Assembly (NCBI GenBank): GCA_001643675.2
Contig: LSRY02000027.1
Location: 372,001-436,000 of the forward strand
Length of the DNA stretch: 64,000 nucleotides
Reading direction: 5' to 3'
Source of the DNA: Monocercomonoides exilis PA203
Taxonomy: Eukaryota; Protista; Preaxostyla
In this document: piece by piece, positions 11,479-23,200 of the stretch
How positions within the stretch are numbered: position 1 is the first letter of the stretch
Layout: each line of letters starts with the position of its first letter
The notes under the pieces: model-generated
Seen by the model: the letters and a program-made list of their open reading frames with translations, nothing else
The model's database searches: none
What the model was told of the DNA's origin: nothing
Translations under genes and position numbers: made by a program

Positions 11479-14400
11479 TTACTTTTTCCTTGACGATGAA
11501 GAATGTTTTTTGGATGAACCTTGTTGGCTCCTTTTCAAAGTTCCATTTGAGCCTTTTGAACTGCCACTGGATTTTTCTGATCCCTTTGAACCGTCAGCAG
11601 ACTCTTTTCCCTTTCCTCCCTTGTAGTGAGTATTCCTGGTCGCACTTGTTGGCCCTTCATACTCCGAAGCGCTTGCCTCGTTCTTCTTAGATTTGCAGCA
11701 TAACTCCTTCGCCCAAGTGAAGAACGTTAATCCGCTGGTTGTGTCTTTCTTCCTTCTCCATTCAAACTTCTCCTTGGCATTCCTCTCTGCAGCTGGATCT
11801 GGCGGCACCATCCACAACTTCCTGCCACACATCAGAATGCATTCGTTGAACATCAGAAATATCAGCACAATCACCCCCATCATCCATATGGCAGCGAGTG
11901 AATGTGTCAGATCCAAAAACAATGGATCAATAACTGCCGAAATGGCATTAAACATGTCTCTCCCGTTGAGCTGCTTTATGGATTCTTGTGCAGCTTTTTC
12001 GATTTCTTCGTTTCCTTTCACTGTCAAAGCATCAATGAACGCATAAAATTGATCACCATCGTCTTCAATCAACTTTGTAGTTCCCTTGTCAACATTCACC
12101 AAATTGATATCATAAAGCGCTGCATCAAAAAGATCACTTAAAGATTTTGTTGTATCGCTGTACATCTGTCTGAAGGCATTTTCACCGTCCTGGTCGCGAA
12201 AGATGTATCGAGACAATGCATTTGCATCAATCGACGCAAAACGAAGGAAGCGAAAATCTTCCTTTGAAATGTCGTATTTGGAAGCACTTCCATCCTCTCG
12301 GCTGATAAACTCATCAGCCAAATGGTGCACAGAATCTGATGAAACGTGTGCGCCTGAGGAATCATCCAAAACATCAAATGTGGACGAGAAGGTCATTTCT
12401 CTTTCTGGTGTCGCAGAGTCATTTGATCTTTGTCCAGACTCCAATACATCATTTGAATATGTCAGTTTCATATGATTGTCAAAGGAATAAATAGAACTCT
12501 CACCGCTGAGATAAGAATCCACTATATCGTTTGGAGGATAACCGCGTGAATTCTTAGAAGCGGTTTTTGACGGATTTGCAGGATTAAATCTGCGTTTCTG
12601 AAGCGCATAAGATGCAACAGAGTCGCCAGACATCGCCTTGATGGCTAAAACAATGCGTTTCCTCATTTCTTTCATGGCATATTTCACCCCTTTCACATAT
12701 TTTTCAGCACCTGTTTTATTTAAGTGGTGCATCTGTACCTCTTTTTGTGTATCAGCAAATAAATGCCAAACATCAGACAGTGAATCATTTTTGTTTATTC
12801 CTTGGGAATTGGCGATTCCGTTTGACCTTTCTATCTTGCGCAGCTGTGCAGGAGTCTCCGACAGAACAGCTGAAGTGGAAGCCTCCATCATCATCTGCCC
12901 GTCCAAAAACTCCAGAACAGCCTCAAACAACCTGTCAAACTGTGTCATGTCTTCCTGTTCGTACACGCCATAGTACACATCCAGTGCGGGTGTGGTCACC
13001 ACTGCAAACGCAAGACACACCAGGCCAATGACAAAGAAAAAAATATGATGGAAAAACAGCGATGCACACAGAACACCATCTTCCCGGAAGAACTTTGAGC
13101 AGAACGCTGTTGCCCACAGAAGTAAGATAAACAAGCCCAGAATGGCATAAGAAACACCGATGACTATGTAGCCGTAGAGCTGATATATCGCTTTCCAATC
13201 ATCTGAGAATCCATATGCATCGTTCAGCTGACTGCTCAAGGATTTAGCTCGTTTTGTGAATGTCTCAATTTGCGTTGAGGCATCTTTGGTTAACCGAATC
13301 AGCCCGTCTTCCATTGCAGCATAATCGTCATTTAGCATCTGAATGAAATTGTCGACATTATCTATATCTGTTGTATCCCCTTCTGGGTCGCCTGCACTAT
13401 CTTCAGCACAATGAGTAATGTTATTTGAAAGAATATCTATGGCCTCCTCAAGAGAGATATCATTACTAAGTGAATATCTTCCATTCAAAACAGAAAGCTG
13501 TTGTAAAAGCTGAGAATACTTCAGCGTTTGGAAGCATTCACAGTTCAACGAGTGTTCGGCGCTATATTCTTTAAGCGACAAAAGTAAATTGAAAGTGTTC
13601 CATTTTATATCCAATATGCTTTTGAAATGTGTGCAATTTGCTGATCCTAACGAACCGTGCATATTCGTTAATGACATTTTATAATCTTCAGTAACAGTCC
13701 TGTTTATGTTAAGATTATTTAATAAAAATTCAACATCAACATTAGTTTCATTTGGTAAGCTTTCTATGAATAAGCAACTTGTTTCATCATATTTGATGTA
13801 TTTACCATCCAAATTGACAGTAAATGGATAATATGAGGATATGGAATCAACAAATTTTGCGGCATTCGAGCAGAATATTTCATTAATAGCTTCTTCATCA
13901 CTTAAATTTTGACGTATTGGCATGATTGCCTTTGAAAGAGGATCATTCAAATAATCCGCAAAAAGTTTTGGATGGTTACTACGAATACATTGATTGTTTG
14001 TCCAAGTTGCATCATCATCATTTGTTAGTGTGTGGAATTGGAATTAAAGCAAAGAAATTGGTAATATGAAGATTCATTATTTCAAAAGAAGAAGATCATT
14101 CTTTTTAATTGAAGCAAGATAAATTGAATTGCAAACATTGTGTACATCGTCTGAGCTTTCAGAGCATCTTCCAATAGCTTCTCCTTTTGATATTTTCCAT
14201 TAACGTAACTTGTTGTCTTCGAAGCATATTCAGCAATGTATGATCCAACTATTTAAAAAATAATACACAGAAGTCAATAAGCACGCATAATTAATTCTCA
14301 AGAAAAAAGTATGATACCTGTCTCAAATCCAGATAATCCATTAACGATCTCAATCATTTTTCCAATTGTATTTTTCGAAGTGGGGAAAAGCCCTTCGGCA

Positions 14401-15158
14401 GCGGCATTAACTTTTGAAACACAAATAATCATGATGACGCAACAAGCTCTTTCGGGGTTTAAAATATGTCAACAATAAAATTCAAAGATATGTTTAAAAA
14501 CATAAATACATATAAATATAAATACTCAAGCACACGTTAGAATAATTGAAAAAAAGCAATAGGTGAATCTGCAGCACGTGCCACATTTTTTGTTCTTTGA
14601 ATTACGGCAATACGAACAGAAATAAACAGTGTCAGATTTTTTAGAATTTGTAATTTGTTGGCAGCACCATATAAAAGTCATTACCAATCCAATCACATAA
14701 AACAATCCAATTGTGAGAAGCGGCCCGATATTACACTTTGAAGTTCATTCAATTACAAAAAATAAAATTAATAAATAAATTTAAAATATAACTTTATAAA
14801 ATATCGAGAAAATGCTGCAATTTAGCATACAAAATAGTAATTAAATATTGAAACGGTAACTTCACGCATATCATTCTCTGCCAAGTTATTGTTCAATATG
14901 TAATTGATAACATCTGTTAAATATTGAAACTGTATAGTGTCGTACGTCCCTCCAGATAATGGAATTCGAGGGATTATATTCAGAAAACTCTTCCACAAAT
15001 TAGCTACAGGATAGACACCATTCTCGGGAAGCTCTTTAAAAATCAAAAACCAACACGAGCATCAGCAGTTATAAAATATATTTCATTTCAAACATACCTT
15101 TAACTTGAAAGCACCACGTATACAGAACCACATGGAACAACACTGAAACACAAAACAT
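11479..15158 (-). CDS. Signal-peptide plus 5-TM membrane protein with prominin (CD133)-like topology; 6 exons, ~1,068 aa
   Basis: Manual splicing gives exons 15158-15098, 15033-14831, 14735-14536, 14448-14318, 14248-~14137 and 13978-11479, all GT-AG with consistent phases; the exon 5 donor is uncertain. Translation: MFCVSVLFHVVLYTWC signal, TM1 IGPLLTIGLFYVIGLVMTFIWCC, Cys-rich loop, TM2 FTYCFFSIILTACCVIMIICV, large loop, TM3/TM4 hairpin, second large loop, TM5 LAAIWMMGVIVLIFLMF, basic tail. The family call rests on topology only. Confidence 0.75.
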
Positions 15159-15238
15159 ATCAAAAAATTTACCAAATAATATTGATCCATACCCTTAAAT
15201 ATTTTATTTTTATTAATACTCTATATTTTTTGAAAATA
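15159..15238. promoter_or_regulatory. Very short putative bidirectional promoter region
   Basis: About 80 bp of AT-rich DNA between the predicted ATG at 15158 (-) and the predicted ATG at 15239 (+). Depends on the 5' exon models. Confidence 0.4.
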
Positions 15239-16841
15239 ATGTTAAAAAGTAAACAAATTTGATTTTTTTTTTAATGATGCTAATTTTAACAGAGTTTTTT
15301 AGATTTAAATTTAGATGATTCTTGCCGTTTTTTATTAAATGCATACACAAATGAGAAATTTAGCAGTGAAATTCTCGATATAATGTGCAAAGTTGATGCA
15401 ACAATAAGAAACCACACGTGCGGTTTGCTCTTATTGGGAAGTTTCTCATTAATTTGATGATTGCTTGACAGAAGATATTTTTGGAGTGTTTATTTACGGT
15501 TCTGTACAAACTAATTTATTTATCACCGGAAGTGATTTAGATTTAACAGTTATAACATCGCAACACATCAAAAAAATTGATGAATCAATAATTAACTTAT
15601 TTGTTGAAGCTCAGAGTGATCAAACATTTTATCCTCCACAATTATTTGAAGTGTCATTGAATCGTTTTGGCGGAACGAAGCAAATGTTAACAATTAGCCA
15701 TCTCACAAATTATCTTGTTGGAGGAATGTTTTACGTTATTGATCAGATTAGCAATGCACGAACTCCAATTGTAAAATTTTTGGATTCAAAAATTCCTCAT
15801 CTGAAATGTGACATAAGTATTAACTCAATTTACGGCTTTCTTCTTGGTGAATTGTTGAAAACATATTCCCGTTGTGACAATAGGGTCAGAGATTTAATTA
15901 TAATCGCAAAAATATGGTTTAAGGAGAATGGAATTGGATCGAGTCGACAACAAACAGTTACAGGCTCATGTGTTGCTTTGATGGTTTTATGTTTTCTGCA
16001 ATGCACAAAGCCGGCTGTTCTTCCTTGTCTGCAAAGTGCAGAGTACATTCAGCGGAGTTGCTCTTCTATGGTCGTGAAAGGGCATATCACTGCGACAAAG
16101 ACAATTGCTCCTTTTTCCAGAGATATTTCTGTCTGGCTGAACAGATTTGAAAAGAGAAATCCGATTCCATTGAAGGAAAAGGAAGATGCAAAGCATGCAG
16201 AAGAAGGAATAATCGGAAATGATGGAGGTCAAAACGATACTGGTGAAGATAAAGCTGTGGAAAAGCTGTCTTGCGAAGAGTTTTCTAGTGAACAAAATGA
16301 AGCCAGCAACCTGATAAATAGAAAGAGTGTAGCTGATTTGTTTGTAGATTTTTTGTTGTTTTATGGAAAGCTTTTCGACCCAGACCACCAAGCAATGTCT
16401 GCTTACAGAGGTGGAATTGTTCCCTTAGAAAAAATGTTTGAAGATTCCGATCCTTCGAAATCTTTATCTTTTTCTGAATCATCAGACAATCAATTATCAT
16501 CATCTTCATCATCACCTTCTTCTTCTTCTTCTTCTTCTTCTTCTTCCATTTCACCGCAAACTTCCTCTTCAACAATTACACAATCATCTCCATTATCACC
16601 ATATTCATCATCTTCAACTTCCTTTCCTTCTTCCTCTTCCTCCTTTACAACATTACCAGCGTCAACTTCAATTCGAAAGCTCTTTTTCATTGAAGATCCA
16701 CTTCATCCTACAAAAAATGCAGCACATGCAACAAAAAAGGTAGATCTTGTGATGGAAAAACTTCACAATGCAGCTTTGATGATTGAAAAGGGTTTTCCAT
16801 TTTTCGATCTTTTCCCTCAGACAAGAGAAAAACTTTCATGA
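15239..16841 (+). CDS. Non-canonical poly(A)/poly(U) polymerase (Cid1/TUTase/Trf4 family terminal nucleotidyltransferase); probable exons 15239-15248, 15303-15422, 15472-16841, ~499 aa
   Basis: Pol-beta NTase motif YGSVQTNLFITGSDLDL, then ARTPIVKF, third Asp in CDISIN, DNRVRDLIIIAKIW, and PAP-associated/NRM motif FIEDPLHPTKNAA. The 5' exons are inferred from in-phase GT-AG introns 15249-15302 and 15423-15471. Confidence 0.88.
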
Positions 16842-17632
16842 ACAGAATCGAACGAAATATAATAGATTATTGAATTTCAATTATATATGTACAAAATATT
16901 ATTTATCAACACAATTCTTTTTATGGTGATGGTTGATTCGATCAACACCCTTAAAAATTGATAAGATAATTGATTTTTCATTTCAAATAACACTTTTTAA
17001 AAAATAAATGCAATGTTTCATTCAAAACATTGTAATGTTCTTAATTATTTAATTCAAAATAATTGAACTAAATCGCATTTAAAGTGAAAGCAATCATTTT
17101 GATTTATTATATCAAAGGTAAAATCGAGGGGAAAACATACGATCTCATCCTTTTTTCTTGTGTTTTTGATGAGAAATATTTCACGACTGGTTTTTGCTTC
17201 AATATTAAACCTATTAATATACGGAATAGACCTCTGTGATATGGCAAGGAATACAAAGTGGTCCATATTTCTTTGATTAAATAATAGAAAGTGGGAAATA
17301 AAAAATGAATTATAAAAATTTTTCTGACATGACTGAATTCTGTACGTTTATCTGATTGAACGATGATCAAATTTATGATAAGCTTCAATTTGTTGCGGTT
17401 TTGAGCTTCCAGATATCTGAACAATTCGTTGCTGCAATTCAAAAATTCTTCATTCAATATCCAGTGAAATGATTATTCAAGTGTTTGATTGTTGAATAAG
17501 GCGTTTGCAATTAATTACAACTCATTGTGGTGATTATTTCTATGAAAGCTTTTTCTTTCATCAAGTTTATACAATATTAAATAATTTTTGCAAAATACAA
17601 AGTGCCACGCTAAAAAATCATTTGTCTGTCAC

Positions 17633-17912
<280 letters not shown>

Positions 17913-18014
17913 AGTTGATCGGATTCAGAGGGAGCATTTCGAAAGGCTCTGATGATAAAGATAGCTTGTCATTGACTGAAACAAAAGAAAAGTTGCAAAA
18001 ACCGGAAATTTTTA

Positions 18015-18464
18015 CAGTCTAAACCGAATATAATCACGTCTAATATAATCACAATTGTTTATTGTTACATTTTCCGATGCACCGATATTTTTGAAAAGTT
18101 TTTCATTCATTTTTCATCGCATATAATCACAGAGATGAAAATATACACTCACATTCTTTATTTCAATGGGTGATTTTCTCAATGAAAAATCGATTTTTTG
18201 ATCAATATTTTCAATTTTTCGCTTTTTCAAAAATGTGTTTTTATAAGTCGAAAAAATGTGTATTTGTGATCAAAATTGTTAACGAAAATTAAAAATGTGT
18301 TTTTAAGAAGAATTTTCAAAAATAAAAAAATCGACAAACAATTAATTATTCCAAAAATTAATTTTTATTTATTTCTGTGTTGAGCGGCATCGTATATTAT
18401 CACAATCGGATATAGTCACAAAAAGTTGTGCAAAAACCGATGTGATTATATCCGGTTTAGACTG
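18015..18464. mobile_element. Non-autonomous DNA transposon (MITE), Tc1/mariner-like, 450 bp
   Basis: 23-bp terminal inverted repeats: CAGTCTAAACCGAATATAATCAC (18015-18037) versus the reverse complement of GTGATTATATCCGGTTTAGACTG (18442-18464), 22/23 identical. CAGT..ACTG ends, TA on the left flank, internal ATATAATCAC-type repeats and no ORF. Confidence 0.75.
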
Positions 18465-20234
18465 AGTTATTTATTTCATTACTTGTTTCATTCATCACAT
18501 CCGTTTCAATATTCTTTATTATTGAGGAATTTATATTCGGCATGTGTCATTCTAATTGAAATGTTGAAAAAGTGTGATTTTTTGTTGAAGACGTAAGAAA
18601 TTTTTAATCTTTTATGAAAATAAACCATAATTTTTTATTGTTATGCTTATTATCTCACATGAAATGTGCTTATTTGTTCTCTTTGTACCATGATGACATT
18701 TGTTGTTGAATATGTTACTGTAAGTGAATAACTTTAAATGGACCATATTCAACATACTCTTTAATTTGCGACTTTTCAAAAAGAAGTTCCCATTTGTTTG
18801 CATGCTGCGAAAAATTTCACATATTTGAATATCGTAAAAATAATATTTAATGAACGATAAATTGAAATTGCAAATATCCATAAGTTGACATCATCAAAAA
18901 AATGTTTTTCAAAATTTATAGATAAGTTTTTCTTGAAGAATAAAAAACAATTTTGATTAATGATGAAACAAAACATCTCAGTGATCACTGAGCAAATGGG
19001 GTGAAATAATGCATATTTAGTATTTTCATTAACAAATAATGTTTTTTGAACTAACTTATTTGCGATTCAAAATTTTGATTGAAATTTATATATTTCTTGA
19101 AATACGTGTGAGGCAAAAGAATGTTATGTTATTTAATCAATGGAACCTGCTCACAGAAATGAATATCCAGTAAATTATGTAATCTGAGAAAGTGAAAAAA
19201 AGTGATAAAAGAAACAACTTTTAAATGCCATATTCAAAAAAAGCTTGAAAGTTCACATTTCCCCCCATATTATCACGAGACAAGTTGAATCAAAAACTTT
19301 TGATTCAAAAGAAAGGATCACAAATTAAAGGAATTTTCCAGACTCTATTTATTTTTTCTTGAGGAAAGAAAAGTCAACTGAAAAGAAATGACCAAAAATC
19401 GTCATTAAATTCATGCATTCACATATATATGGGTAATTATTTTTGTAATCATATTTTTACAAACAAAAATTTCGGAAAGAAAAATTTCATTGAGCATTAA
19501 CAAATGAACACTGAAAAATGAATTGGCTTATTAAAGATGTCTTCATCTTTATTTCTACAAAACCATTTGTTTGTGAAACTATTGGAAAGTATTTTGCATT
19601 TAAATTCAAAATTTCTTTCCAAAGACTAACATCCTTTGAAAATACAGCGTTCCGAAAAAAGTTATGATTTCAAAAATAATCACCCATATATAGTAAAAAG
19701 ATAAAAGCACAAGCTGTGATATTTGAAGAAGTTGAAATGTGCGCTTTGCAGAGGCCAAGACTTTCATTTCGATGTTTCGATGATTCGTGCTTCATTGGCT
19801 TTTGGTTTTATTTGTATTTTCCTTTTTCTTTCCATTTTTCATTTTTTTTTAAAAATCTCTTCACATTACAAGTTTTGTTTTTGCTTTCCTCCACTTTTGG
19901 TGTGCCTGCTTGGCAAATGCCAAAAGTGAGATCCTTTTATTTGAAGTATTTTTTCTTTTTTCTTTTTTCAATTTATAAATAACTTATTCACATTTGTAGA
20001 ACGCATTTCTTCTCTTTCTTTCTTTCTTTTTTCTTTTACCCTTTGATAATTGAACAATCGATAAACAGGCTTGTTTCAAAGACTTTTCTGGAAACATTCA
20101 AAACAGAAACGCAATATGGAAAAAGAAAGAAACTGAAAAACAAAAAATAAATTGCCTCAAGATTTGTTTTTTTGGATAAATTAAGAGAATTTCATTTCCT
20201 GGAATTTGTCCGTTCCTGCTTATTCCTTCCAAAG

Positions 20235-23200
20235 TCACACTGCCCCTTCATTCTGCCCCTTCTCTGCTGCGCCTCTTGCTTCTCTGTCGCTCCTTCTACC
20301 ACTCCTTCTGCTGCTCATTCTGCTATTCTCTCCAGAATTTGTCACAGACTTTGTTGCACTCTCGTCTCCTTCCCCCGACCCGCACAACTCGATTGCATCC
20401 GACATCGTCACCATCGCTGCCTTTCCCCCAAAGTGCCCAACAAACTCTCGCCGCAGCTCGCTCAACGTCGGCCGCTCTCCTGCTGCTCCCGACAGGCTCG
20501 CCCGAACAACATTCTCGTATGAGTTCCCTTCCAGCCTTCTCAGGTCAGGCCTCTCTCCATTCGCAATCTTATCTCCAGCAATCACAGCCTCATATTCGCC
20601 AAAGGGAATAGTCAATGTCAAACACTCCCACAGCATCATCCCGATCGAGAACGCCACCGACTTCTCTGTTGCCTCCAGCTTCTTGTTCATCTGCAATTCA
20701 GGCGCCTTCCACCTCAGACACTCCTTTTTGAAGTTATCTTCATCCTCAAACGCTGACGAAGGAGGAGGCGAGTCGGTGAATCTCTCGCTCAGCACCGAAA
20801 TGTTGGAGGACGAAGAAACAATGGTCAATGAAGAGACGGATGATGAATCTGAGTCTGAGGAGCAGTCAGAGTGGAGGGCAATGCAGATGACCATGTGCTC
20901 GGAGAAGAGCACAATGTGCGGGCTCAGATTGGCCAAAGAGGGGAGGCCATCTTCCTCGTCCTCAAAGGCGTGGAGCGCCCCATTCGCCACCCAGAACAGG
21001 ATCTGCGCAGCTGTCATCTCCCTCTCCTTCAACGTGCCTATCGCCATCTCCTTCTTCTCGTTCCTCCCATGCAGCAACATGAACAGCGAATCCCTCAGAT
21101 CCACAATCAGCTTCTCATGAGGGGATGAGCACGCCATCGCATCCACCAAGTTCGACATGGATGAGGTTGTCGGACAGAGACTTTCCGATCGAACAAAAGT
21201 TGAATCTGAATCAGTCGTTGAAGTGGTGGAAGTTGATGAAATGGATGGTGAAGGTGTTCTTTTTCTTGATTCTTCCTCATCAACCTTTTCTAATGCCCAT
21301 TGAGGGATCTTGTCTGAGTCTCTTCCCAAAATATATTCAGTTGAGCCACTCTCAGAAAGAAGATGCTCTGATGACTCCGAGTGTTCCATATTCGTGTCAT
21401 ATATTCTCTTCTTCATTCTCTCATCGTTCTTCTTCTCAGCTTCCCTCTCTGCTCTTCTCCACTGCTCCTCCGGTGACATCTCCATCGTCACCATCTCAAA
21501 TGCCTTCGGATCCTTCTTTATTGTGTCATCAACAATCTCCTTGTATTTTTTCGCTTCTTCTTTTGCCCTTCTCCATCGAATTGTTGCCACGATCGATGCA
21601 ACAAGAACAATCAAGAACAGCACAGCAAATATCACAATCACAATCAATGCCCATGATGATTTTCCTTCTTTCCCTCCTTCAGAAATTCTTTCATCATCTT
21701 TTTGTTTTGTTTCGCTTGCATTTTTCAGAATGAATGACTGTGTTGATGAAGGAGATTCTGCATTCCCAAACAAAACAGAAACACTCACTTCTATCTCATT
21801 CCCACAATTGCTGATGAGATCTTTTGCCACGCTCCCTTCTGCTTCTCTTTCTGACAAGAATCCACTTGTATCAAAATCATAATGTTCAATCTCTTTTTCT
21901 TCTCCCTTCCTCTTCACAACTGTGAATGACAGATTGCACGGAACAAGAAGCATTCCTTTGAATATCAGCTTCATTCTATCTGTTGCATCTTTTGCTTCCA
22001 CAGACTCTAGCACAGGAATGAAGAATGATGATGCTCTCTCCGATGCAATCCCTTCAAAACTGCACCCTTCATTCAACATCCAAAGTGACGTATTTCTTTC
22101 TAATCCGTCTCCTCCTTTCAAGCTCACAACATTCACTGTTCCACTGCCTGAACAAGCAACATTTCTACGCATCGATGGATATCCACTGAAAAATGGATTA
22201 TTCTCCGTGAATTCTCCCTTCTCAATTGTCATTGCACTTCCTGACAAAAATATTCCTCCATGAGAAGAATTGGAAACTGTTGAATCTCTCACATTGGCTG
22301 CACTGTTATAAAGGTTTATAAGTGAAGTATTCCATCTGCAAAGTCTTTCAAAATCTTCGTTTGAAGTTCCATTCCCTCTATTCAAAGAATTTCCAACGAA
22401 TGTGCAAGAATTAATTTGAATCTCAGGGCAGTCATGAAAATATATGATTTCCCCTTTCTCTGCCTCCTTCAAGCATTTATCAAAAGTGCAATTCTGAATG
22501 AAAAATGAAATGCCTGAAAGATCTCTAAACGAAACGTCCAAAAGTCGCGGAACTGATGCACATGAAATATTCCAAAATCTTGAAAGGCTCAATGAAAAAA
22601 CGTAGTTCTCTCTTTCATTTACTGCAATTTTTGATGAAAAACTGTTTGCTGCCATCAAGTAATTGCTTTCTATAACAACATTTTCAATTTCGAGCTTCTC
22701 AATAGAAATATTTGCACAAGTTGAAAATTGAAAATGAAGAGGAATATCCTCGCTTCTCAGCTCATTTATCGAACAATTACTAATCTGAACCATTGAATCT
22801 TCAAAATCAAACAAGCATGTTGTTTCAATTTTTTGGAAATTAACCTCTGTTAATTTTGTATTGCATTTCTCTCCTTTTATTAAAGTCTGAGATTTAATCA
22901 ATTCAGAAAAAGAAGATGTTACCATTGCTGCATTTGCTTTGGGCTGTATGTTTATAATTGCATTGTTTGTCGATAAAGAGAAGACTTTAGAATTCATCAG
23001 TTGAAAAACACCTGCTCCAATCTCAAACAGAGTTCCATTGAGAGTTATCAATCTTTCATTTCCAGAAAAAGAGCATCCACTTACGGTCAGAGTTTCATTA
23101 CTCAAAAATATCAACGGAGAAACTCTTTCACAAAAATTATTTCCAATTACAAAGCATAATCTTTCAAATATAATTCCGTCGCAGCATTCCACAATTCCTT

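Noticed and set aside
14526-14535. In-frame TGA in exon 3 of the 5-TM gene suggesting stop-codon reassignment or a pseudogene
   Set aside because: It falls inside a phase-compatible GT-AG intron (14535-14449). The long ORFs read cleanly with the standard code.
19285-19308. 11-bp perfect inverted repeat TTGAATCAAAA-AC-TTTTGATTCAA
   Set aside because: Isolated and AT-rich with a 2-nt loop; compatible with chance.
18480-20200. Short ORFs in AT-rich DNA that could be a decayed gene
   Set aside because: No recognisable motif or consistent exon chain could be built.
20206-21120. 304-aa plus-strand ORF
   Set aside because: Exact antisense of the GC-richer pseudokinase coding region.
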